64,000 nt of DNA from Alphaproteobacteria bacterium. GTDB taxonomy: Bacteria; Pseudomonadota; Alphaproteobacteria; UBA6615. Below, piece by piece: positions 29,318 through 37,773 of the stretch. The DNA lies in contig CBDHEC010000008.1 in NCBI GenBank assembly GCA_965261975.1, forward strand, positions 3,095-67,094, given 5' to 3'. The position numbers and the translations under genes are program-made. The notes under the pieces are model-generated. The model was given only the letters and a program-made list of their open reading frames with translations, was not told the DNA's origin and ran no database searches. Numbering within the stretch: the first letter of the stretch is position 1; every line of letters starts with the position of its first letter.

Positions 29318-30690
29318 TGTTCGGCCCCGTCATCGGCCAGACGCACGCCGGCGAACACCCAGCGCATCGCGGGGTAGAAGAAGTTCCGATAGGTAGCGCG
29401 GGTGTGTCCGTCGGGAGTCACACAAGCGCCGCCGCGCAAGACAAACTGATTGGCCATGAATTTCCCGTTATATTCGCCGACCGCGCCCGACACGGGCTTG
29501 AACCCCGGATATGGCACATAGGGGCTCTGGGTCCACTCCCACACGTCGCCAAACATCTGTTCCGGCCGGTCGGATGGCTCGCCGGTCGCCGGCGCGGTGC
29601 GCAGCAACCCGGACCCGACGAAGTTGCCCTCGACAGGCTGGTCGCGGGCAAACACCTCCCACTCCCCTTCGCGCGGCAGGCGCTTGCCGGCCCAGCGCGC
29701 GTAGGCATCGGCCTCATAGAGGCTGACATGACAGACAGGCGCCTGATCGTTGACCTGCTGCAGGCCCGACAAAGACATCGCACACCATTCGTCGTCGACC
29801 ATCTGCCAGTAGAGCGGCGCGTTCCAGCCCTCCGCACCCACGGCGGCCCAACCATCGGACAGCCAGAGCTCGGGTCGCCCATAGCCATTGTCGGCCATGA
29901 ACGCCTTCCATTCGCCGTTGGTCACAAGCCGTGACGCCAGCCGGAAGGGAGCCAAATGGACGTTGTGGCGCGGTCCCTCGTTATCGAAGGCGAATTCCGT
30001 GCCGTCATGGCCGATCTCGACAAGCCCACCGGCGTGATCGAACCAGCGCAGCTCGGGCGCCTTGCGCGCCGGCGCGGCGCGATAAGTCTGATAGGCGGGC
30101 GCCACGCTGTTGAAGGAAAAGGCGTGGAGAATATCCATCAGGATCAGCTCCTGATGCTGCTGCTCATGATGCAGCCCCAGCGCAATCAGCGGAGCGACCC
30201 TGTCCCAGGTCTTCTCGTCCGCATCGTTGATCAGGGCCCGCATCGCGTCATCGACATGGTTGCGATAGGCCTTCACTTGTTCCGCCGTCGGGCGGGTCAG
30301 GAGGCCTCGCTCGGGTCGCGGATGGCGCGCGCCGACGGCGTCGTAATAGGAATTGAAGAGAAATCGGTAATGCTCATCGAGCGGTTCATAACCGCCCGCA
30401 AAGTCCCGCAGGATCATGGTCTCGAAGAACCAGGTGATATGCGCACGATGCCATTTGGTCGGGCTCGCATCGGGCATCGACTGCACGACCTGGTCTTCCG
30501 CCGACAGGGGTGCTGCAAGGCGCTCGGTCTCGCCGCGCACCCAGTTGAAATGATCGAGAACCTGTCCCCGGTCACGCGGATGCGCATCGAGGATCACCGG
30601 CTCGGACCCCAAGGATGTCACGGCGCTTCTCCTGTTGGCGCCCGCGTCCCGCACGACCGTCTTTCCGGGACACTTCACACCGCAGCGCAA
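29314..30690 (-). CDS. egtB: Ergothioneine biosynthesis sulfoxide synthase EgtB (DinB_2 plus FGE-sulfatase domains)
   Basis: DinB-like N-terminus (HFNWVRGETERL, HRAHITWFFE) and C-terminal FGE-type domain (GDVWEWTQSPYVPYPGF). Exact start uncertain. Confidence 0.85.
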   Translation of the reverse strand: MRCGVKCPGKTVVRDAGANRRSAVTSLGSEPVILDAHPRDRGQVLDHFNWVRGETERLAAPLSAEDQVVQSMPDASPTKWHRAHITWFFETMILRDFAGGYEPLDEHYRFLFNSYYDAVGARHPRPERGLLTRPTAEQVKAYRNHVDDAMRALINDADEKTWDRVAPLIALGLHHEQQHQELILMDILHAFSFNSVAPAYQTYRAAPARKAPELRWFDHAGGLVEIGHDGTEFAFDNEGPRHNVHLAPFRLASRLVTNGEWKAFMADNGYGRPELWLSDGWAAVGAEGWNAPLYWQMVDDEWCAMSLSGLQQVNDQAPVCHVSLYEADAYARWAGKRLPREGEWEVFARDQPVEGNFVGSGLLRTAPATGEPSDRPEQMFGDVWEWTQSPYVPYPGFKPVSGAVGEYNGKFMANQFVLRGGACVTPDGHTRATYRNFFYPAMRWVFAGVRLADDGAEQ

Positions 30691-30850
30691 GATCGGCCAC
30701 GGATCGAATTCCGTCCGGATCGCGTGCCGGACGTGACGGTCGGCGCCAAGTAAACCAAGCCGGCTCGCGCGCCGTCAACCGAAAGCCCGGAGAATTTGAG
30801 AAGTTGAAGACCGCGCCCGACATTGACGCAACGGACCGTCCGACTATGTT

Positions 30851-31228
30851 GTGCCCATGAGCGCGAACACACCAACACCCGAAGGCTTCCACGCCCACGT
30901 CTATTACGACGCCGAGAGCAAGGCCGAAGCCGAAGCGCTGCGCGCGGAGATCGACGCGCGCTACGACGTTGAACTGGGCCGCTGGCACGACAAGCCCGTC
31001 GGCCCGCACCCCTTCTGGAGCTACCAGGTAGCGTTCAAACCCGAACTGTTCGGCGAGATCGTGCCCTGGCTGGCGATGAACCGTCGCGATCTGTCGATTC
31101 TGGTGCACCCCGAGACCGGCGACGACCTGACGGATCATTCGACCTACGCCATATGGCTGGGCGAAAGCGCAACCCTGGATCTGAAACGCTTCCGCGAGCG
31201 GGCTGCCGAACGGGCCGCAAAACGCTGA
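30851..31228 (+). CDS. DOPA 4,5-dioxygenase family protein (YgiD-like)
   Basis: 125 aa with HAHVYY...HPFWSYQVAF...ILVHPETGDDLTDH pattern of the DOPA-dioxygenase family. Confidence 0.7.
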   Translation: MPMSANTPTPEGFHAHVYYDAESKAEAEALRAEIDARYDVELGRWHDKPVGPHPFWSYQVAFKPELFGEIVPWLAMNRRDLSILVHPETGDDLTDHSTYAIWLGESATLDLKRFRERAAERAAKR

Positions 31229-31359
31229 ACAAGCAGGCCTGACGGTTCCCAAACGAACGGTTTCCAAGCCCCGCGGGGACCGCTACAACACCCGCAAGCA
31301 TTCCATCCACCCGGCCACGCTCTCGTACCGGAACCAATCAACATCAGGGGGAACCCAGC

Positions 31360-32202
31360 ATGAAACTCGTACGCTATGGCTCACGCGGCAAGGAAAAGCC
31401 CGGTCTGATCGACGCCAACGGCAAGCTTCGCGACCTGTCTCGGGTCGTCGTCGATATCAACGCCGAAACCCTCTCGCCGAAGGGTCTCGCGGCCATCCGC
31501 AAGCGCGACCCCAAGCGCCTGCCGCTGGTCAAGGGCAACCCGCGCCTCGGACCCTGTGTGGTCGAGCGCCGGGTCTTCGCCATCGCGCTCAACTACAAGG
31601 AGCATGCCGAGGAGGCCAACGCGGCCATCCCTTCGGAGCCGTTTGTCTTCACCAAGACATGCCCGCCCACCGGCCACCGCGATAACATCGTGCTGCCGAA
31701 GGGGTCAGTGAAGACCGACTGGGAGGTCGAGCTTTGCCTGGTCATGGGCCGTAAGGCCAAGCATGTGTCCAAGAAGGACGCGCTCAAATACGTCGCGGGC
31801 TATTTCGCCGGCAACGAGGTCTCCGAGCGCGAGTTCCTGATCGAGCGCGGCGGCCTGCAGTGGATCAAGGGCAAGAGCCCCGACACCTTCGCACCGATCG
31901 GCCCCTGGCTGCTGACGGCCGACGAGGTGGCGAACCCGAACAATCTGCACATGTGGCTCGAGGTGAACGGTGAGCGGAAGCAGGACAACAACACCAAGGA
32001 CATGATCTACGACTGCAAGACGATCGTCTCCAACCTGAGCAAGACGATCACACTGTATCCGGGTGATATTATCATGACCGGCACGCCCCAGGGCGTGGCC
32101 TATGGTCAGAAAAACCCGAAATACCTGCGCGCGGGTGACGTTGTGACCTTGGGCATCGAGGGCCTCGGCGAACACCGCAACAAGGTCGTGAAGTCCAAGT
32201 AA
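31360..32202 (+). CDS. Fumarylacetoacetate hydrolase (FAH) family protein
   Basis: 280 aa with FAH-fold C-terminal domain (WEVELCLVMGRKAKHVS, MTGTPQGV). Typical of 2-keto-4-pentenoate hydratase or fumarylpyruvate hydrolase-like enzymes. Confidence 0.8.
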   Translation: MKLVRYGSRGKEKPGLIDANGKLRDLSRVVVDINAETLSPKGLAAIRKRDPKRLPLVKGNPRLGPCVVERRVFAIALNYKEHAEEANAAIPSEPFVFTKTCPPTGHRDNIVLPKGSVKTDWEVELCLVMGRKAKHVSKKDALKYVAGYFAGNEVSEREFLIERGGLQWIKGKSPDTFAPIGPWLLTADEVANPNNLHMWLEVNGERKQDNNTKDMIYDCKTIVSNLSKTITLYPGDIIMTGTPQGVAYGQKNPKYLRAGDVVTLGIEGLGEHRNKVVKSK

Positions 32203-32278
32203 CGAGATTCAACTTCTCGAATTGCAGCGGGCCGCGCACACCAGCGCGGCCCGTTTTGCATTCCCGCGCGCCTCGGCC

Positions 32279-33283
32279 TCAGGCCAGCGCCGGCATGACC
32301 TCGTCGCGGAACAGCCGCAGGGATTCCCGCGAACCGGTGATATCAATCAGCAGAACATATTCAATCCCACCCGCACGCATGCGCTGCAACCGATCGACGA
32401 TTTCCTCGGGCGGTCCGATCAGCGCGCCTTCTTCCGTGGCCAGCCGGGTGTCGTTGTACTGCAGCATGGTCGATTGCGGTCCACCCCCCTCGCGGATGCG
32501 CGACAGGCGCGAGATACCACTCAGCAGCCGTGCGCGTTGCTGGTGTGCCGCCTCGCGTTCGGATTCGTCGTGGGTGATGTGGAGCGCGCGGGCCACGGCC
32601 ACGTTCATGGGGTCGAAAACACGGCCCGAACTCTCGATCGCCGCGCGGTAGGTATCGAACCGTTCCTGAATCAGATCGAATGATGCGATCTGGTCGAGCA
32701 GCAGGTTGAAATTGTTGTCCGCCGCCCATTGGAGCCCGCCCGGGCTGCCCGCGGCGAGCCACATGGGCGGGTGCGGCCGCTGGATCGGCGGCGGTTCCAC
32801 GACGATGTCCTGGAACGTCCAATGCTTGCCGATATGGGTGAAGCGTTCTTCCGAGGTCCAGGCACGGCGGATCACCTCCAGGGATTCCTCGAACAGCTCC
32901 TGCGCGTCGGCCGGCCGGACGTTGAAACCGTTGAACTCGTTCGGCCGGTAGCCCTTGCCGACACCAAACTCCAGCCGACCGCCCGACAGCAGATCCACCG
33001 TCGCCGCCTGCTCGGCGAGCAACACCGGATTGTGCCAGGGCAGCACGACGACCGCCGTGCCCAGGCGCATCCGTGTGGTGCGCGCCGCCAGATAGGTCAG
33101 CAGGTTGAGCGAGGCGGACACCTGACCGAAGCCGGTGAAGTGATGCTCGACCAGGAACACCGAGTGATAGCCGAGCTCCTCGGCCTCCTCGACATAGCCG
33201 ATGAAATCCCGGTAGCCCTGGGTGCTGTCGCGGGCCACACCGCCGCGTCGCGACGAGGCACCGCCAAACAGTCCGAACTTCAT
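32279..33283 (-). CDS. LLM-class flavin-dependent oxidoreductase (luciferase-like monooxygenase)
   Basis: Starts MKFGLFGG. Luciferase-like TIM barrel conservation. The listed longer ORF has an Arg/Ser-rich spurious N-extension. Confidence 0.8.
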   Translation of the reverse strand: MKFGLFGGASSRRGGVARDSTQGYRDFIGYVEEAEELGYHSVFLVEHHFTGFGQVSASLNLLTYLAARTTRMRLGTAVVVLPWHNPVLLAEQAATVDLLSGGRLEFGVGKGYRPNEFNGFNVRPADAQELFEESLEVIRRAWTSEERFTHIGKHWTFQDIVVEPPPIQRPHPPMWLAAGSPGGLQWAADNNFNLLLDQIASFDLIQERFDTYRAAIESSGRVFDPMNVAVARALHITHDESEREAAHQQRARLLSGISRLSRIREGGGPQSTMLQYNDTRLATEEGALIGPPEEIVDRLQRMRAGGIEYVLLIDITGSRESLRLFRDEVMPALA

Positions 33284-33302
33284 CGCGACCTCAATCCAAC
33301 GC

Positions 33303-34304
33303 CTAGTTGCGCACGCGCTCGCGCTTGCCGCTCTTGGCGGACTTCGCCAGCGCTTCAAGCACGGCGACATTGCCGATCCGCTCGACGTCGGTGAACGGAT
33401 AGTCCTTCTTGCCGGCAACGGCGTCGGCCCAGGCCTCGAAGTTCATCTTCACCGTGTCACGCGGCTTGTAGGTCTTGTGGGTGCGCTTGCCACCGGCAAT
33501 GCTGATCGTCATATGCGTGTCGTCCCAGTCTTCGGGGTGCGCTGTGTCCACGATCTCGACCCAGCCCTTGCTGCCGAACACGGCGAAACGGGCATAGTAA
33601 GGCGTCTTCGACACGACGTTGATGGTCCCCAGCGTCCGGTCCTTGAACTGGAACTGCGTGCTCACAACATCGCCCGACGGCAGTTTCAGTACCCGGCGAT
33701 CGCTGGCCGCGTTGACCCATTGGATCGGCCCGAACAGGCTGATCATGAAATCCGTGAGATGCACACCCATGCCCGTCCAGCCTGCAGCCGGCGCATCTTT
33801 CGGGTTGCCGCGCCAATTGTCCGCCTTGAGCGGAGTAAACTTGTCGTGGGAGTTGTTGGCCTCGACCGCGATGATGGTGCCGAGTTCCTTTTTGGCGACC
33901 ATCTCGGCCAGCTTCATCCAGGCCGGCTCATAACGGCGTTCATGGCCGAGCCCGAGGATAATCCCACGGTCGCGACACGCCTTGACCATCTTCTTCGCGC
34001 TGGCAGACGTCAGGGAGAGCGGCTTTTCACAGAAGATCTGCTTCTTCGCCCGGGCCGCCTGCATCAGCAGCGCCTCATGAGTGGTGTGCGGCGTGGTCAG
34101 GATCACGCCCTCGACATTCGGGTCCTTGAGGGCCTCGGCATAGTCGGTCGTCAGCGGCACGCCATGTTCCTTGGCGAGCCTGCGGGCGGCGGCCGTGGGC
34201 TTCACCTCAACGATCCGCACGACGCGAATCTTGCGGCTCTTGTCCAGGGTCTTGACGACATGGCTGCCCCACCAGCCCAATCCGATAACGGCGACGTTCA
34301 ACAT
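33303..34304 (-). CDS. Gfo/Idh/MocA family NAD(P)-dependent oxidoreductase
   Basis: N-terminal Rossmann VAVIGLGWWG and the EKP motif typical of the family. Confidence 0.8.
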   Translation of the reverse strand: MLNVAVIGLGWWGSHVVKTLDKSRKIRVVRIVEVKPTAAARRLAKEHGVPLTTDYAEALKDPNVEGVILTTPHTTHEALLMQAARAKKQIFCEKPLSLTSASAKKMVKACRDRGIILGLGHERRYEPAWMKLAEMVAKKELGTIIAVEANNSHDKFTPLKADNWRGNPKDAPAAGWTGMGVHLTDFMISLFGPIQWVNAASDRRVLKLPSGDVVSTQFQFKDRTLGTINVVSKTPYYARFAVFGSKGWVEIVDTAHPEDWDDTHMTISIAGGKRTHKTYKPRDTVKMNFEAWADAVAGKKDYPFTDVERIGNVAVLEALAKSAKSGKRERVRN

Positions 34305-34396
34305 GCTGATCCACTCCTGCGAATAAGGTCTCAAATCCGCCCCGCGCGGGGCGGCCAGAACCTAGCATGGCGTGTATCGGGCCAAAAGCGGCAGAC

Positions 34397-35293
34397 CTAC
34401 TCCCCGCCGGTGCGCGCCACCAGCACGATCGCCCCCGACACGATAAGCGCTGCGCCGGCAATGGCGATCCAGGACGGCAGGACGGCAAATGCGGCGAAGT
34501 CGTAGACCGCCGCGAAAATCAGCACGGAGTAGAAGGCCGGCATCACGAAGCTCGCATCGCCGCGCCGGAGGGCCTGCATGTAGAAGACCTGGGCCGACAC
34601 CATGACCGCGCCGATCGCCGCCAGGAACACCCACTGCAAACCGCTCGGCCAGACCCAGACGAGGCTCGCCGCCGATAATGATATGCAGGCGCCGATCGTG
34701 TTGTTGATGATCAGGATCCGCAACGCCGGCTCGGTGTCGGCGAGCCGCTTGATGAAGATCGTCTCCAGCCCCATGAATCCTGCGGCCGCCAGTGCCAGTA
34801 GGCCCGCGACCTGGAAGGCGTCGGACCCGGGCCGCAGGATCAGCGCGGCACCGGCAACCGCGAGCGCGGCGGCGATGATCTTCCGCGCCCCGACCCGCTC
34901 GCCGAGCATCGGGATCGCAAGCGCCATCGCCACCAGCGGACTGAGGAAACTGATCGCGGTCGCCTCGGCAATCGGCATCCGGGACACCGCGGCGAACATG
35001 GCGGTCACGCCAAGCCAGCCGCAAATCACCCGCATGAGATGCCATTGCCATTTTGCGCCGCCGAAACGCGGTCGCGCCTTCGGAACGGCACCGACAAACA
35101 GCAGGAGCGTGGCGAGGCCGAACACGAAACGTCCGGCGCTGATCTGGAACGGATTCAGGCCCGCCGATGCACCGTCGGGCAAGCCCAGCACCTTGGCGAA
35201 CAGGGACGTTCCGGCGACCAACGCACCCGCAGCGAACATGAGAGCGACGGCAAGGGAGGATACCGCGCTCGGCTTATGGGTTACGAACAGCAC
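34397..35293 (-). CDS. DMT-superfamily transporter (EamA-like)
   Basis: 298 aa with 10 predicted TM helices and a duplicated EamA-like halves pattern. Confidence 0.75.
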   Translation of the reverse strand: MLFVTHKPSAVSSLAVALMFAAGALVAGTSLFAKVLGLPDGASAGLNPFQISAGRFVFGLATLLLFVGAVPKARPRFGGAKWQWHLMRVICGWLGVTAMFAAVSRMPIAEATAISFLSPLVAMALAIPMLGERVGARKIIAAALAVAGAALILRPGSDAFQVAGLLALAAAGFMGLETIFIKRLADTEPALRILIINNTIGACISLSAASLVWVWPSGLQWVFLAAIGAVMVSAQVFYMQALRRGDASFVMPAFYSVLIFAAVYDFAAFAVLPSWIAIAGAALIVSGAIVLVARTGGE

Positions 35294-35366
35294 TGAACCA
35301 AGCTACAGGACACGCACGAGTTTGCTAAGCTCAATGCCGCTTGCCGGCCGAATTGTCAGGGACAAC

Positions 35367-35792
35367 ATGACGAAGACCACACCCGAAACCTTCAACGCGC
35401 TGACCGACCGCGAACTGCCGATGGCGGCCAATCTCGGCTTCCGGGCCGAGGCCATCGGCGAGGGCACGGCGCGGGTGCGCGCGCCCTTCAACGAGGCCTT
35501 CACACGGCCGGGCGGCACCATCAGCGGGCCGGTGATGATGGCGCTCACGGATTTCGGCATGTATGCGGCCGTGATGGGGGCGATCGGCGAGGTGTCGCTC
35601 GCCGTGACCACGAACCTGAACATCAACTTCCTGCGCCTGCCGGCCCCGGTTGACGTCGTCGCGGACTGCAATGTCATCAAGCTCGGCAAGCGTCTCGCCG
35701 TGATCGAAGTGACGCTTTATTCGGACGGCGACGACGCGCCCATCGCCCATGCGACCGGCACCTACTCGATACCGCCGGATGCCGCGCGTTAG
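35367..35792 (+). CDS. PaaI-family hotdog-fold thioesterase
   Basis: 141 aa with PaaI/4HBT-like motifs (GGTISGPVMMALTD, hotdog core). Start is internal to the listed 396-aa ORF. Confidence 0.75.
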   Translation: MTKTTPETFNALTDRELPMAANLGFRAEAIGEGTARVRAPFNEAFTRPGGTISGPVMMALTDFGMYAAVMGAIGEVSLAVTTNLNINFLRLPAPVDVVADCNVIKLGKRLAVIEVTLYSDGDDAPIAHATGTYSIPPDAAR

Positions 35793-35896
35793 CGGCACAA
35801 AACCCGTGCGCAGGGCCAACTGGACAAGGCCCGGATCGACTGATACGAGTCCGGCCAGAAACTGTTCAACAACGATAATCTCAAAGGAGAGATCTT

Positions 35897-36871
35897 GTGG
35901 CTGATAGCTCGATCTTCGCCGTCGCAGACTCGCCGTTCCCCTCGCTGGAACCCGTCGAAAACGTCCTCGCGGACTTCAACCCGACCATCAACATGGCGGC
36001 CGACACGTCCGAGGATGCCATCATCGAGGCGGCCAAGGGCGCCAAGGCCTTGTTCGTCACCTACGCCCAGATCACCGCGAAGGTTATCGATTCCCTCGAC
36101 GGTTGCGGTGCGATTGGCCGCTTCGGCATCGGGCTGGACAATATCGACCTCGACGCCGCCACGGCGGCGGGCATTCCGGTGGTCTACGCGCCGCAATACT
36201 GCCTCGACGAGGTGTCGGACCACACCATGGCGCTGCTGCTGACCGCGGCCCGCAAGACCGCGCTGGCCGACAAGCTGGTCAAGGAAGGCCGCTGGGAGAT
36301 GCCGGCGGTCGTGCCGATCATGCGCTTCCGGGGCAAGACCATGGGCCTCGTGGGCTTCGGCAACATCGCCCAGCTGGTAGCCGAGAAGGCGCAGGCCTTC
36401 GGTATCAACGTCATTTCGTCCGACCCCTTCGTGAAGCCCGAAGTCGCGGCGGCGAAGGGCGTGGAGCTGGTCGAATTCGATGCGCTGCTCGAGCGTTCCG
36501 ACTATGTGTCGGTCCACGCGCCCCTCACACCGGCGACCGAGAACATGTTCTCGACCGACGCCTTTGCCAAGATGAAGAGCACGGCGTTTATCGTGAACAC
36601 CGCGCGTGGCGGCCTGATCGACACCGCGGCCCTCGTTGCCGCACTCGACGCCGGCGAGATTGCCGGGGCGGGTCTCGACGTGCTGCCCCAGGAGCCGCCG
36701 GCCGAAGACGACCCGATCCTGTCGCGCGACGATGTGGTGATCAATCCGCACACCTCCTTCTATTCGGAAGACGCGCTGCTCGATCTGCAGACCACCGTCG
36801 CGGGCGATGTTCGGTCATTGCTGAACGGCGATCAGCCGAAATGGCCCGCCAATCCGGACGTTTTCAAGTAG
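35897..36871 (+). CDS. D-isomer-specific 2-hydroxyacid dehydrogenase (NAD-binding)
   Basis: GLVGFGNIAQ Rossmann motif, a catalytic Arg/Glu/His arrangement and the HTSFYSEDA C-terminal signature. Confidence 0.85.
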   Translation: MADSSIFAVADSPFPSLEPVENVLADFNPTINMAADTSEDAIIEAAKGAKALFVTYAQITAKVIDSLDGCGAIGRFGIGLDNIDLDAATAAGIPVVYAPQYCLDEVSDHTMALLLTAARKTALADKLVKEGRWEMPAVVPIMRFRGKTMGLVGFGNIAQLVAEKAQAFGINVISSDPFVKPEVAAAKGVELVEFDALLERSDYVSVHAPLTPATENMFSTDAFAKMKSTAFIVNTARGGLIDTAALVAALDAGEIAGAGLDVLPQEPPAEDDPILSRDDVVINPHTSFYSEDALLDLQTTVAGDVRSLLNGDQPKWPANPDVFK

Positions 36872-36925
36872 GGCCTCCGTACCCCACCCCGCGTTACCAC
36901 CACATTCCAATTGGAGGGTTCATTC

Positions 36926-37717
36926 ATGTCGCAGCCCGACACCGGTTCCAGTTCAGACATCCTCGACAGTTTCCGTCTCGACGATCGCGTGGCGATCGTG
37001 ACGGGCGCCAGCGAGGGCATCGGTCGTGCCCTGTCACTGGGCCTGGCCAGCGCGGGGGCAGACGTGGTCGTCTGCAGCCGCGACAAGAGCAAGCTCGAGG
37101 GACTTGTCAGCGAGATCAAAGCGCTCGGCCGGCGCGCCGAGGCGTATTCGATCGATCTGTCACAGGTCGACCAGATCGCGGGCCTCAGGGATTTCGTCAA
37201 GAGCGAGTTCGGCCGACTGGACATTCTTATCAACGGTGCTGCCTATACGGTCGAGGCGCTCGCCTGGGATACCACCGAACCTGAATGGAACAAGTCCATC
37301 GACACCAGCCTCAAGGGCACCTTCTTCGCCTGCACGATTCTCGGCGAGCTGATGCGCGAGGCCGGTTACGGCAAGATCATCAACCTGAGCTCGACCTTCG
37401 CCCGTTCAACCCAGCCCACCCGTTCGGTCTACGCCGCCATCAAGGCAGCGATCAGTCACCTGACGGAAGCGCTCGCGGTCGAGTGGGGACCGGAGGGCAT
37501 TCGCATCAACTCGCTGGCGCCGACTGCAGTGCGCACGCCCAGCCGCCAGGAGTTTCTCGCGAAGTTCGAAGACAACATTGTCAGCCGCGTGCCGCTCGGC
37601 CGCATCGCGGAAACCGAAGATCTGCTGGCGGCGGCGGTGTATCTCGCCAGCCCGGCATCCGACTTTGTGACCGGACACACGCTCTTCGTCGACGGCGGTT
37701 TCGTCGCAAAGGGATAA
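36926..37717 (+). CDS. SDR-family short-chain dehydrogenase/reductase
   Basis: TGASEGIGRA cofactor motif and catalytic YxxxK (YAAIKAA). Confidence 0.85.
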   Translation: MSQPDTGSSSDILDSFRLDDRVAIVTGASEGIGRALSLGLASAGADVVVCSRDKSKLEGLVSEIKALGRRAEAYSIDLSQVDQIAGLRDFVKSEFGRLDILINGAAYTVEALAWDTTEPEWNKSIDTSLKGTFFACTILGELMREAGYGKIINLSSTFARSTQPTRSVYAAIKAAISHLTEALAVEWGPEGIRINSLAPTAVRTPSRQEFLAKFEDNIVSRVPLGRIAETEDLLAAAVYLASPASDFVTGHTLFVDGGFVAKG

Positions 37718-37773
37718 CGGCCTTTGGGTTCGATGCCTTGTCGGCATCGATCACCGAGGCAAGGCGACCGAGC

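Noticed and set aside
29314-30690. Extended N-terminus (MRCGVKCPGK...) of EgtB as a distinct domain
   Set aside because: It is more likely an upstream extension created by choosing the first ATG. The conserved DinB-like region starts about 40 aa in. It is kept as a start uncertainty.
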